Shown here one piece after another: positions 31,254 to 40,782 of a DNA stretch of 64,000 nucleotides. How positions within the stretch are numbered: position 1 is the stretch's first letter; each line of letters opens with the position of its first letter. The stretch is from a virus. The DNA lies in the IMG/VR virus record IMGVR_UViG_3300042887_005324, positions 64,001 to 128,000 of that record. One strand, 5' to 3'. Both the position numbers and the translations under genes were made by a program. The notes beneath the pieces were generated by a model, which saw only the letters and a program-made list of their open reading frames with translations, made no database searches and was not told the DNA's origin.

Positions 31254-32605
31254 TTAAAAATTGGAAACAATTTAATGAGGAAAGACAATTAGATTTATTT
31301 GCTGGAACTTCATATGAAAAACCAGAGTTAATTCACAATAATCTTTATCCAATTGACGAAGATGATATTCGTGATTATTTAGCTGAAATTGAAGATGAGA
31401 AGTATATAATACAAGTCAATTTTGGATTCCTATCAAAATCAACTGGTGAATATACAGAATTAATTGATACTTATGATGTTAGACCTTGTATATCTGTTAA
31501 CATTATGAAAATGACTATAGATTATAAAGTAATAACTGGTAATGAGGATGTTACATCTTGTTTAACATCTTTTATTAAGAGAATTTCACATAAATTCAAA
31601 GAAATAAAAGTTCGAGATGATGAAGGATATCTGAATATTGAAGATATTAAATTAGAAGGTGGAATATTCCTAAAATCAGAGAGTGGAAATATTGAAGATG
31701 AGATAGAACTAATATCTCCACTGTGTATTCAATTAGTTTGGTTCGAAGATGTTCATTTAACAGATAAAATGATTTTTGATTACTATGGTATTCCAACAGA
31801 CGATTCGATGGAGTTTACCAAGAATGGATCATTACAAATTTCAGTACCTCGTGATAAAATAACAGGATGGCTCTTAAAAGCTTCTAAATATAGAGATATT
31901 TTAGACGATAATGATTATGATCCCTACGAATTTTATGACGAAAGTGATTGGTTTCCAGAACATGATTCTTTTTTCAAGTATGATTTAGAAGAAGAAACTA
32001 TACAAATGTTATTAAGATGTTGTCTTCATAATTTTGATGAATTAAAAAAAGAAGGTTCTAATTTTTTGACAAATTATGAATCTTTAGAAGACTTAATTAA
32101 AAAAACTATCGATGGAAGAACAAAATTGTCATACGACTTTGATAAATTAGGAAAATTCTTAACTGAAGTCAGTGATATGTATGGAGAATTACGAAGAATG
32201 TATGCTGATTATTCTTTACAAACAAAAGCTGATGATGATTACGAAGAAATAATTAGAGCATTTGATAAGATTGTAGAAGATCAATTAGAAACTAAAATTA
32301 TTAAAAAGATTTCTAAACAAGAACCTTTGAAATATAAAACAAAAGACTTGAATAATCAGGAAATTTACAAAGAAACTACTATCGAAAAAACATATTATGT
32401 TCTATCATTTAATTTACAATGGTTGAGTAAAGCTGGTAATTTATTTAATTTAGGAAGTTTAGAACAAGCAATCGATGATTGGTGTTATTACTCTATAGAA
32501 TCAGTTGAACTAAATCCAAATTTTTCTGATTATCCTCATGTTGATGATAAAAAGTTTAATGAAGAAGCAAGAAAAGAGTTGAAAGACGCACTTAATAAAT
32601 TATAA
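31250..32605 (+). CDS. acidic hypothetical protein, capsid-targeting-like leader
   Basis: MIKNWKQFNEE N-terminus, nearly identical to that of the upstream gene. Confidence 0.7.
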   Translation: MIKNWKQFNEERQLDLFAGTSYEKPELIHNNLYPIDEDDIRDYLAEIEDEKYIIQVNFGFLSKSTGEYTELIDTYDVRPCISVNIMKMTIDYKVITGNEDVTSCLTSFIKRISHKFKEIKVRDDEGYLNIEDIKLEGGIFLKSESGNIEDEIELISPLCIQLVWFEDVHLTDKMIFDYYGIPTDDSMEFTKNGSLQISVPRDKITGWLLKASKYRDILDDNDYDPYEFYDESDWFPEHDSFFKYDLEEETIQMLLRCCLHNFDELKKEGSNFLTNYESLEDLIKKTIDGRTKLSYDFDKLGKFLTEVSDMYGELRRMYADYSLQTKADDDYEEIIRAFDKIVEDQLETKIIKKISKQEPLKYKTKDLNNQEIYKETTIEKTYYVLSFNLQWLSKAGNLFNLGSLEQAIDDWCYYSIESVELNPNFSDYPHVDDKKFNEEARKELKDALNKL

Positions 32606-33166
32606 ATTCAAATACTCTTTAAACTTAATCAACATTAGTTCAGTCAAAACATCTGAAGTATTAAGAGAATTCAAGTATTTCACATCTACTTTAACAGTCT
32701 GACTTAAACTTTCTGCTCTTGAACCATCCCCTTTTATTACAATTTCATGATAGTCATTTTCTGTTAAAGGTAGAATACAAGGAATTACTCTCATAGAAGT
32801 ATATTTACCTAAATAAAGTGGTTTGTCGAATTCAATTTTATAACTATCTCTTAAAACAAGACCAGCTTCTTCTTGAAGTTCTCTTAGTAATGCAGTTTCT
32901 GGATCTTCTCCGAGTTCAATACCACCACCAACACAAGCTAAATGATAATCAATTCCATCAGAATACTTAAATGAAGGAATATATTCTTGTCTAATTATAA
33001 ACTGATTTAGTTCAATTAAATAAGGAATGCAAACAACAGCGTCTTTACCAGCCAAAACCGACCAATCCTCATATTGAATAAGTTTAATATGATCATCACT
33101 ATATAAAACTTCATCAGATTTAAATAGCTTACTCACTTCAGGTTTTAGATTAGTAAATTTTTTCAT
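32600..33166 (-). CDS. Nudix hydrolase
   Basis: Nudix box GGIELGEDPETALLRELQEEAG. Confidence 0.9.
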   Translation of the reverse strand: MKKFTNLKPEVSKLFKSDEVLYSDDHIKLIQYEDWSVLAGKDAVVCIPYLIELNQFIIRQEYIPSFKYSDGIDYHLACVGGGIELGEDPETALLRELQEEAGLVLRDSYKIEFDKPLYLGKYTSMRVIPCILPLTENDYHEIVIKGDGSRAESLSQTVKVDVKYLNSLNTSDVLTELMLIKFKEYLNL

Positions 33167-33245
33167 TTAAGTAGTATTTTTTATTATATATTAAAAATGA
33201 TTGAAAAAAATAATATATAGTTTATATAAATAAATAATTAATTAG

Positions 33246-33839
33246 ATGAATTACTCTCAAAACGATATTGAAAATGTTTTAGAATATTGGCAAGATATTT
33301 CTCAAGATGTTCAATATATCTCAGATGAATTAAACTTAGATATTAATAATGTAATTGATATATTATCAAAACTACAATCAGAAAATCAAATTAATGGATT
33401 CGAAAAAATTCAAAAAAGAAAACAAGTTTTACAAGAAAAAACAGTTCAATCATTTTTAGAGTCATTAGATCCAGAAACATTAAAAGCTCTTAAACTAGAT
33501 AAACTAAAAAGCAAAGAATATTTCTTCATCGAGAAAGAAGTAAATGAAATTTATGACAACCATATATTTTTAACCAAAGTTTCTAAAATAACTTGTGATG
33601 GAGACTTTGTTGTTATTACACTTAATATAGAATACAGAAACACAGAATTCGATATATTTATGGTTTACTTTTCTGATGATACAGTATTCTATGGTTCTGA
33701 AAAAGGAAAATCTGAACTATCAAGATTCTTCGAAACAATGGGACCAGATAATATTGAAGAGTTCAATATAGTAACAAGTAGAATATTAGACGATCATATT
33801 CCAGAGGACTTTTGGGAAGTTAGAGGGTTTGCTAATTAA
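33246..33839 (+). CDS. hypothetical protein
   Basis: 197 aa ORF after AATATATA motif. Confidence 0.65.
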   Translation: MNYSQNDIENVLEYWQDISQDVQYISDELNLDINNVIDILSKLQSENQINGFEKIQKRKQVLQEKTVQSFLESLDPETLKALKLDKLKSKEYFFIEKEVNEIYDNHIFLTKVSKITCDGDFVVITLNIEYRNTEFDIFMVYFSDDTVFYGSEKGKSELSRFFETMGPDNIEEFNIVTSRILDDHIPEDFWEVRGFAN

Positions 33840-34471
33840 AATTTATAATTTTTAGTAGCCTTTCTAAATTTAATCTGACTTTTAGTATTATTGTTTTCAG
33901 TATTACCAATTTCCAATTTAGCGGATTTTCTTTTACACACTAAACCTTCAATCATATCTATTTTAGATAAGTTAGTAAACAATTCTTTGAAATTTGAATC
34001 AAACGACTTGACTCGGTAAATATTTTCAGAAATAGAATATAAGTATTCTTTTTCAGAACTATTAGTACCAAATAAACTATCTAATAGTGATATTCTTTCT
34101 TGAAAAGAATTTCCTACTAAATAATTACCATCATAAACTAACAAATCAAAAATAACTAATTTATGATTGAAAACTTCATTATTTTCATCGTTTTTTGATT
34201 TATTCATATACTCACCATTGATAGCCATCCAACCACTACCAGAATAAAGTTGTAATAGTTCATCACTATTTAATTGAACATTACTCATTCGTTGATTGTG
34301 TCTATTAAAGAATAAAACATCTTTACCATTCATAAAAATGATCGCATTAGAACCATTTAATTTTGGTTGTGCAATCATCATATTATTGTCCCAAAAATCT
34401 AAGTCAGATAAAGGAACTGCATTCTTTGGTCGAGGAGGGTATAAATAGTGGAATGAATCAAACTTAATCAT
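33836..34471 (-). CDS. minimal ATP-dependent polynucleotide ligase (adenylation domain only)
   Basis: Motif I QPKLNG, III NGE, IIIa FDLL, IV EGLVCK, V KFR. Confidence 0.8.
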   Translation of the reverse strand: MIKFDSFHYLYPPRPKNAVPLSDLDFWDNNMMIAQPKLNGSNAIIFMNGKDVLFFNRHNQRMSNVQLNSDELLQLYSGSGWMAINGEYMNKSKNDENNEVFNHKLVIFDLLVYDGNYLVGNSFQERISLLDSLFGTNSSEKEYLYSISENIYRVKSFDSNFKELFTNLSKIDMIEGLVCKRKSAKLEIGNTENNNTKSQIKFRKATKNYKF

Positions 34472-34475
34472 TCCA

Positions 34476-34507
34476 CAAATATACGGATTTTAATTCAAAA
34501 AAACAAA
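34476..34507 (-). promoter_or_regulatory. Bacteroidota-type promoter
   Basis: TTTG-N20-TATATTTG, 4 nt before the ligase ATG. Confidence 0.65.
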
Positions 34508-35773
34508 TTAATTCAAATTAAAAACTGTCTGAAACTCTTTAACTAAATCATTTTTTTCCCAAGGAAACAACTCAACTTCAACAGTTTTCTCGTTTCCTAA
34601 AATATCTTTAAATGTTTTTGTTTTAACAAATGATTCTCTACCCATATGACCATAAGCAGCAGTTTCAGAATAAATTGGAGTTCTTAAATTAAATCTCTTT
34701 TCAATTGAGTAAGGTCTTAAATTACAAGAATCAAGTTCCATAATTTTCTTAGCAATTTCACCATCACTAAGTTTTACATTAGATGTATTATATGTATTAA
34801 CATAAAGACCAACTGGATCAGCCACTCCAATTGCATAAGCGACTTGTACTAAAACTTCGTCACAAACACCACTAGCAACTAAATTACGAGCAATATGTCT
34901 AGTAGCATAAGCTGCGCTTCTATCAACCTTACTTGGATCTTTTCCTGAGAAAGCACCGCCACCATGAGCTCCTTTACCACCATAGGTATCAACAATGATT
35001 TTTCTACCAGTTAATCCAGTATCTCCGTGAGGTCCACCAATTACAAACTTACCAGTTGGGTTGACGTGTAATGTAAAATCAGATTTGAAAAGTTTTTGAA
35101 TTCTTTTAGGACATTTACTAATAACACGAGGAATTAAAATCTTTTTAACATCTTTTCTAATTTTATCTAACATTTTATCATCGTCTTGTTCAAAATCATC
35201 ATGTTGAGTTGAAATTACAATCGTATCAATTCTTTTGGCTTTATGTTTTTTGTCATATTCAATTGTAACTTGACTTTTTGCATCTGGTCTCAAATATTTC
35301 ATTTTCTTACCTTCTTTTCGTATCTCTGATAGCTCTCTCAAAAGTAAGTGTGATAATTCTAAAGGTAAAGGCATATAATTATCAGTTTCATTTGTAGCAT
35401 AACCAAACATCATACCTTGGTCTCCTGCTCCTTGATCTTCTTTATTTGTTCTTTCAACACCTTGATTAATGTCAGTAGATTGCTCGTGAATTGCTGATAG
35501 TATACCACAAGAATTTGCATCAAACATATATTCACTTTTAGTATATCCAATATTTTCAATTACTTTTCTTGCAATTAATTGAACATTGAGTTGTGTTGTA
35601 GATTTAACTTCACCGGCTAAAATAACTTGACCAGTAGTAACAAGTGTTTCACAAGCGACCTTAGATTCTGGATCAAAAGCTAAGAAATTATCGATTAAGG
35701 CATCTGATATTTGGTCAGCAATTTTATCTGGATGACCTTCAGAAACAGATTCTGATGTAAAAAAATAAGACAT
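34508..35773 (-). CDS. metK: S-adenosylmethionine synthetase
   Basis: [38 protein letters not shown]. Confidence 0.97.
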   Translation of the reverse strand: MSYFFTSESVSEGHPDKIADQISDALIDNFLAFDPESKVACETLVTTGQVILAGEVKSTTQLNVQLIARKVIENIGYTKSEYMFDANSCGILSAIHEQSTDINQGVERTNKEDQGAGDQGMMFGYATNETDNYMPLPLELSHLLLRELSEIRKEGKKMKYLRPDAKSQVTIEYDKKHKAKRIDTIVISTQHDDFEQDDDKMLDKIRKDVKKILIPRVISKCPKRIQKLFKSDFTLHVNPTGKFVIGGPHGDTGLTGRKIIVDTYGGKGAHGGGAFSGKDPSKVDRSAAYATRHIARNLVASGVCDEVLVQVAYAIGVADPVGLYVNTYNTSNVKLSDGEIAKKIMELDSCNLRPYSIEKRFNLRTPIYSETAAYGHMGRESFVKTKTFKDILGNEKTVEVELFPWEKNDLVKEFQTVFNLN

Positions 35774-35828
35774 AATATAAATTAATTTTCAATTTATATT
35801 ATGTCTTTAATAGGAAGTTTCTTAAAAC

Positions 35829-36245
35829 TTAACTCATCTTAGCCTTTGCTAATTCAGAGACTATCTTTTTATCTACAGGTAAAGAACTAAACTCTTTCAT
35901 AATAGCACCAATATTAGTAATACCAGAGGAAATTAAAGAATCGATTTTTGATTCAATTTCTTCAGCTGACATTTGTTTAGGCAAATAAGATTCTACAATT
36001 TCTAACTCGGTTTTAGAAAATGATAGTTTATCTGGATCGGTAAGAGAAGAAAGTGTTTCTTTTAATGACTTAACAGACTTGTTAAGAATTTTAGTAACAT
36101 CTTCATCTGTTAGATTTTCAACACCTGTGTTTTTTTCAATAGTTTGAATCTCACCTTTAATTACAGAAAGTAAGTTCTTTGATAAGGTGTTTTTAGCTTT
36201 GAAAGCGTCGATGTAATCTTTGTTGATTTTTTCTTTAAGTGTCAT
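35829..36245 (-). CDS. GatB/YqeY domain protein (start revised to MTLKEKI)
   Basis: LKEKINKDYIDAFKAK..LLSVIKGEI..ELEIVESYLPKQMS..IGAIMK; the track start overlaps tRNA-Cys. Confidence 0.85.
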   Translation of the reverse strand: MTLKEKINKDYIDAFKAKNTLSKNLLSVIKGEIQTIEKNTGVENLTDEDVTKILNKSVKSLKETLSSLTDPDKLSFSKTELEIVESYLPKQMSAEEIESKIDSLISSGITNIGAIMKEFSSLPVDKKIVSELAKAKMS

Positions 36246-36260
36246 AGTTGTAAAAGTTTG

Positions 36261-36331
36261 AGGTCGGGGATAGATTCTCACTACCGTAAAAGACTTTGCT
36301 GGTCTCTGCCTAAATGCTCAGCCACCCGACC
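36261..36331 (-). tRNA. tRNA-Cys(GCA), atypical (A33, T-loop TGAGAAT)
   Basis: GGTCGGG/CCCGACC-U73; anticodon arm GAGAC-CA[GCA]AA-GTCTT. Confidence 0.8.
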
Positions 36332-36338
36332 GTGTATA

Positions 36339-36473
36339 TTATTTATTTATTTCATCACGAAGTTCTTCCATCAAAATTTGATGTTCATAATCTTGAGCCA
36401 TACGAAAAAGATCACAAAAATTAATGTTTTGTTTATTCTCTATGATTTCTGATGTAACAGTTGTTATATACAT
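36339..36473 (-). CDS. 44-aa small protein MYITTVTSE...LRDEINK
   Basis: Open frame between a Bacteroidota-type promoter (36492-36522) and tRNA-Cys; below the track cutoff. Confidence 0.5.
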   Translation of the reverse strand: MYITTVTSEIIENKQNINFCDLFRMAQDYEHQILMEELRDEINK

Positions 36474-36510
36474 ATTTCTAATTATTTAATACAAATATAA
36501 GAAATAGTTT

Positions 36511-36774
36511 TCAATTATCAAAATCCTTAGGAAAAAAATCTCCTAATCTATTCTTTTTGGACAAATCTAATATTTCGTCTATTTTATCATCCCTAAGTCT
36601 TGATTGATCCTCTAACCACATATGAAAGTAGATTTCGTGAAAATCATAGAAGTAATCTTCTAATAAACCATCATACCATAACATGAAAAAATCACTATAT
36701 TCTTTTTGTTCATCAAAGAATTCTTTTTTTGATATATCATCTAATATTTCTTGTTTGGTTTTTCTATTGTTCAT
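36511..36774 (-). CDS. hypothetical protein (RDxKI motif)
   Basis: RLRDDKIDEIL. Confidence 0.65.
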   Translation of the reverse strand: MNNRKTKQEILDDISKKEFFDEQKEYSDFFMLWYDGLLEDYFYDFHEIYFHMWLEDQSRLRDDKIDEILDLSKKNRLGDFFPKDFDN

Positions 36775-37111
36775 ATAATATCGACTTCAATTGTAAATCT
36801 CTTAATCTTTGTTTAATTATTGAATTATCTGTTGTATCTGAAATTACCTCAATAATTTGATTAACTCTAGTAATGAGTCCTTCTAAATTTGTAGTTCCTG
36901 GATCAGATGAGTATTTCGAGCCTTTCCAAATTAATTCAATTTTATTAAATTTGTCTGCTATATACCACATAGTAACATTGCTATAATTTAAATATTTTTT
37001 AGCTGACTCAAATTTGTCTCTAGCTGACTGATTAGTTAAACCATCAACATCAATATAAACTACAAAAATAGGGTTCTCTAAATCTAATTTTTCTTCAATC
37101 ATATAATTCAC
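36764..37111 (-). CDS. hypothetical protein (C-terminal RD motif)
   Basis: RLRDLQLKSIL; overlaps neighbouring ORFs. Confidence 0.65.
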   Translation of the reverse strand: MNYMIEEKLDLENPIFVVYIDVDGLTNQSARDKFESAKKYLNYSNVTMWYIADKFNKIELIWKGSKYSSDPGTTNLEGLITRVNQIIEVISDTTDNSIIKQRLRDLQLKSILYEQ

Positions 37112-37460
37112 TAATAATTAAATCTCTTTGAGATTCAATAGACAAATCATTTTCTTCATATTCTTCAACTACAATCTTTAGTATCTGAAAAGAATTTGTT
37201 TTTGATAAAACACTAACTCTAATTACATCAAAACTTATATCTAAAAATATTTCATTGTTTTTTAAATAAACATTTTTAAATGTGTTGTTATTAGTTTTAT
37301 AGTTAGCCAATTCAAAATCAGAAGGCACTTTTATCTTAAATGAGTGATAAGCTATATTAGACCACATATTATCATCTTTATATGGATTTAAGGGTCCAAT
37401 ATATTTAAAGTTTTGAAGTAGTTCAATTTTATCAGAATTCTCGAATTTTATCCAATTCAT
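37095..37460 (-). CDS. hypothetical protein (C-terminal RD motif)
   Basis: SQRDLIISEL. Confidence 0.65.
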   Translation of the reverse strand: MNWIKFENSDKIELLQNFKYIGPLNPYKDDNMWSNIAYHSFKIKVPSDFELANYKTNNNTFKNVYLKNNEIFLDISFDVIRVSVLSKTNSFQILKIVVEEYEENDLSIESQRDLIISELYD

Positions 37461-37466
37461 TAGATT

Positions 37467-37895
37467 TTATTTATCAGAGTTAGACCAAAGTTTACAAAAA
37501 GGTGTAGTGAAGTAATCATTATATTGTAAAGTATCATCAATATGTAAATTAATATTTTCTCTTCTACAATAATCAGCTTTAGTTTTATCCCAAAGTTCAT
37601 CTTCAATCAAAGCAAATCCAAATTTTGGATGAAATCCCTTAGTCGGCGTACCTAATTGTTTATGATAATCTGTGATAGAAAATATCTTAGTATATTTAAT
37701 TTTATAAGTAGCCAATAATTCAAAGTCTTTATCAGATAAACCACCTGTAATTATATGAACCTCACCACCAGATTTGATTATTGAGTTTGATAAAAATGAA
37801 AAGAACTCTGGCATTGTATCAATAACACCATGAAAATCTAAACCTACTTTGTAAGTATTTTTACTCTCAAAGATTTTAGAAAATTTTCTTATCAT
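37467..37895 (-). CDS. HAD-superfamily-like protein with capsid-targeting-like leader
   Basis: GLDFHGVID, ITG, K and HIDD motifs; MIRKFSKIFES leader. Confidence 0.7.
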   Translation of the reverse strand: MIRKFSKIFESKNTYKVGLDFHGVIDTMPEFFSFLSNSIIKSGGEVHIITGGLSDKDFELLATYKIKYTKIFSITDYHKQLGTPTKGFHPKFGFALIEDELWDKTKADYCRRENINLHIDDTLQYNDYFTTPFCKLWSNSDK

Positions 37896-37966
37896 TTATT
37901 ATATATTATTCAAATATAATAATTTTTTTTAATATATAGTTTAGTGGATAAAAATAAAAATACTAA

Positions 37967-38512
37967 ATGGAAAGAGAAATTTTAGAAAATTACTTAAATG
38001 GTGGATTATCAACAAATGATATTGTTAAGATAACGAATAAGTCACAAACAACCATAGTTTATTGGATGAAAAAACATGGATTAAAATCAAATTTTATTAA
38101 CTTCAAAGATCAAGGAGTAAAAGACTACGGTGAATATAGATTTTGCCCAAGATGTAAAAAGGAATGTAAAACATCAGATTTTTATAACAGAAGAGGAAAG
38201 GCCAATAGTTCAGTTTACTGTAAGAGCTGCACAAGTGACCAAACATTAGAAAGAATGAGGGCATTAAAGTTACAAATGGTTGAGTATAAAGGCGGTTCTT
38301 GTGTAAAATGTGGATATAATAGATACTTAGGTGCTTTAGAATTTCACCATCTTAATCCAGATGAAAAAGACTTTAACCCATCTCAACTAAAAAGATACAA
38401 ATTTGATGATAATGTAAAGTCAGAACTGGATAAATGTATATTAGTATGTTCAAACTGTCATAGAGAAACACACGATGAAATTAATAGAAATAAAAAAGAG
38501 ACTCAAGATTGA
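37967..38512 (+). mobile_element. free-standing HNH homing endonuclease
   Basis: CxxC motifs plus CVKCG..LEFHHLNP..ELDKCILVCSNCHRETH; N-terminal HTH-like segment. Confidence 0.85.
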
Positions 38513-38521
38513 GTCTCTTTT
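38494..38521. terminator. bidirectional terminator between HNH gene and tRNA-Arg
   Basis: AAAAGAGACTCAA-GA-TTGAGTCTCTTTT. Confidence 0.75.
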
Positions 38522-38522
38522 G

Positions 38523-38802
38523 TGATTCCGGATGGATTCGAACCATCGACCCACAGCTTAGACATACCACTATAGCTTTCGCTACCTAATGTTTGTGGTC
38601 TGGACTATATCATCACCTTCAACCTAGTTGTTCAGGTGCTTCCCCCTTAGTCTCTACACACTCCCTCATTTCTGAGGTTTGGCTCGGTATTACCATCAAC
38701 ATTACTTGGAAGGTTTCACCGAATTCGAGAAGTTCTATCTAACTATTTCTAATTAAACGCCCCCTTTGAGGCTGTTGCTCTATCCAACTGAGCTACGGAA
38801 CC
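38523..38802 (-). tRNA. tRNA-Arg(UCU) interrupted by a group I intron (exons 38769-38802 and 38523-38562)
   Basis: Joined exons give GGTTCCGTAGCTCAGTTGGATAGAGCA-ACAGC-CT[TCT]AA-GCTGT-GGGTC-GATGGTTCGAATCCATC-CGGAATCA. Confidence 0.92.
38563..38768 (-). ncRNA. group I self-splicing intron (206 nt, no ORF)
   Basis: 5' exon ends in U and intron ends in G; P AATTCGGTGAAA, Q AATACCGAGCC, R GTAGAGACTA, S GATATAGTCC; GGGGC guide pairs with exon GCCU. Confidence 0.9.
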
Positions 38803-38819
38803 ATTTTTTATTTCTATCA

Positions 38820-38851
38820 CAAATATAATTTAAAGTTTTTAATTTTCCAAA
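38820..38851 (-). promoter_or_regulatory. Bacteroidota-type promoter for tRNA-Arg
   Basis: TTTG-N20-TATATTTG. Confidence 0.65.
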
Positions 38852-39258
38852 ATCAAATTAATTTTTCTATCTCTCTTGAATTGTGATATTAATTTTTCAA
38901 CTTCACATTCATCTTCATCTCCATCTGAAGAAACTTGAATATTACTACCAAAGTATTCCTTAGCAAGAAGTAAACAAGCATTTACATGTCGATCATAGGG
39001 TTTTAAGTTAGTTTTAGTAAATTGAAATCCAGTGGTGTCTTTACCTAAAGCAAAGGTTTCGTGTGAATTTTTATCAACTCCATTAAATCTGACCTCATCT
39101 TTTGTAAACTGGGCATCGCCTTCACCATCATATCCGGCAATTCCATGTCCAAAAATATTAGTAATTTCATCACAGATGATTTTACAATCTTCTGAATACT
39201 TCTCAAATTTTTGAGGATCAATTTGACCATTTACTATGTAATATCTTGTATATCCCAT
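38839..39258 (-). CDS. conserved phage hypothetical protein (C-terminal RD motif)
   Basis: MGYTRY..FNG..HETF..FTKTNLKPYD..SSDG; ends KRDRKINLILEN. Confidence 0.7.
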   Translation of the reverse strand: MGYTRYYIVNGQIDPQKFEKYSEDCKIICDEITNIFGHGIAGYDGEGDAQFTKDEVRFNGVDKNSHETFALGKDTTGFQFTKTNLKPYDRHVNACLLLAKEYFGSNIQVSSDGDEDECEVEKLISQFKRDRKINLILEN

Positions 39259-39267
39259 ATCTTAAAA

Positions 39268-39669
39268 TTATTGATTATAAACTAATTTTTTCCAACTTGT
39301 ATTTTCTATATGAATCACTAATGTATTTGGATTATTAGCCTTAATAACATTAGCTTCAAATTCAGAGTTTTCAAAGTGACATTCAATACCAAGTTCTTTT
39401 ATTTGTTGGTCTTTTAACACTCTATTTGTAAAATATATTTTTTTAACACCTAGTTCTTTTGCTAATTCAACTACAACTTCTGATTCACCAGAATAAACAC
39501 TTGGATGGTATCTTTTAGTGATAATACAAACATCTTTGCCTTGATTGATTAATTCTTTACATATTGATTGTATTTCTTCTTTTTGGGGATTTACAGTTCC
39601 ATCGAAATCATCATGTAAAGTTCCGTCAAAATCAAAGGAAATTTTATTTTGAGTAATGATTATCGACAT
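39268..39669 (-). CDS. HAD-superfamily hydrolase
   Basis: FDFDGTL motif I, IITKR motif II. Confidence 0.75.
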   Translation of the reverse strand: MSIIITQNKISFDFDGTLHDDFDGTVNPQKEEIQSICKELINQGKDVCIITKRYHPSVYSGESEVVVELAKELGVKKIYFTNRVLKDQQIKELGIECHFENSEFEANVIKANNPNTLVIHIENTSWKKLVYNQ

Positions 39670-40130
39670 CTAACATTAATAATTTCTAATTCAAGTAATC
39701 CAGCAGGAATATTGATATTTACTTTATCACCTACTTTATTTCCAATAAGAGCTTTTCCAATTGGACTTAATTGTGATATTTTTCCTTCTTTCAAAGAAAT
39801 CTCGTGTTCTGGTACAATTTTATATTCAATTTCTGAATTGTTTTTCAAATTTTTAACTTTAACCCAGGTAAGAAGTTGAACGGTTCCATCATCTACAACA
39901 CCTTCTACAATTTGAGCATTAGCAAGTAAACTGTTAACTTTCGAAAGTTTATTATTAAGATTGTCTAATGCTTGTTTTGCTGCTTCATATTCTGCGTTTT
40001 CAGATAAATCGCCTTTATCACGAGCATCAGCCAAGTTTTGTAAACACTCTCTTAATTCGACTGTTTTCATTTTTGTGTATTCCTCGCTCATTTTATTAAA
40101 TCCCTCACGAGTCATTGGTACTTTTTCCAT
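39660..40130 (-). CDS. greA: transcription elongation factor GreA
   Basis: ARDKGDLSENAEYEAAK, ISQLSPIGKALIG. Confidence 0.95.
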   Translation of the reverse strand: MEKVPMTREGFNKMSEEYTKMKTVELRECLQNLADARDKGDLSENAEYEAAKQALDNLNNKLSKVNSLLANAQIVEGVVDDGTVQLLTWVKVKNLKNNSEIEYKIVPEHEISLKEGKISQLSPIGKALIGNKVGDKVNINIPAGLLELEIINVRCR

Positions 40131-40161
40131 AATGAATTTTTATATTTAATTTGTATTATAC

Positions 40162-40782
40162 TTATTTAATTTTGAAAGTTTTATTATATAAATTTTTAAT
40201 TGCTTCTATACCAGATTGATTAATCTTTCTTGTTCCAATTCCAGCAAAGTCTTCAACCAAAATTATTGGAACATTACATTCTACAAATGTAGAAGTATTA
40301 TAACTCCACTTAAACCATTTTAGTTTAGTCTGGTCAAAAACAAAAACATCTCTGTTATTATTGATTGCCATTTGAACGGCATACCCAGTACCACCATCAA
40401 CTGACTGGCATTTAGATTTTGAACTATATCCTCTACTTCCTTTTTCACCAGGATTAACTATTTGACCAATGGCGAAAACTTGTTTAGAGTATTTTACTTG
40501 AGCCCAATTTCTTGCTAAAAGATTCATAAATTTATCAATACCAAATCGTTTAAGAAAAAGATTTGCCTTTTTTACTTCAGATATACCTTCAGTATAATCT
40601 TCTTCAGATATTTCAACTTTGTTTTGAGATTGATGGTATTTAGTTTTATAGGAATATGCTTTGGTTTTCACACCAAACTCTTCTCCTATTTTCTCAAAGT
40701 AAGTATCTGCTCCATCAGCACCACCAGAATGACAAACTAATTTTGTTAAATCAATTTTAGGTGTATCAAATAAGTCTATCAT
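40162..40782 (-). CDS. SLOG-superfamily (YspA/DprA-like) nucleotide-binding protein
   Basis: HSGGADGAD, RN and GGTGYAV motifs. Confidence 0.6.
   Translation of the reverse strand: MIDLFDTPKIDLTKLVCHSGGADGADTYFEKIGEEFGVKTKAYSYKTKYHQSQNKVEISEEDYTEGISEVKKANLFLKRFGIDKFMNLLARNWAQVKYSKQVFAIGQIVNPGEKGSRGYSSKSKCQSVDGGTGYAVQMAINNNRDVFVFDQTKLKWFKWSYNTSTFVECNVPIILVEDFAGIGTRKINQSGIEAIKNLYNKTFKIK

Noticed and set aside
36258-36452. 64-aa plus-strand ORF and the N-terminal extension of the YqeY ORF
   Set aside because: Both overlap tRNA-Cys
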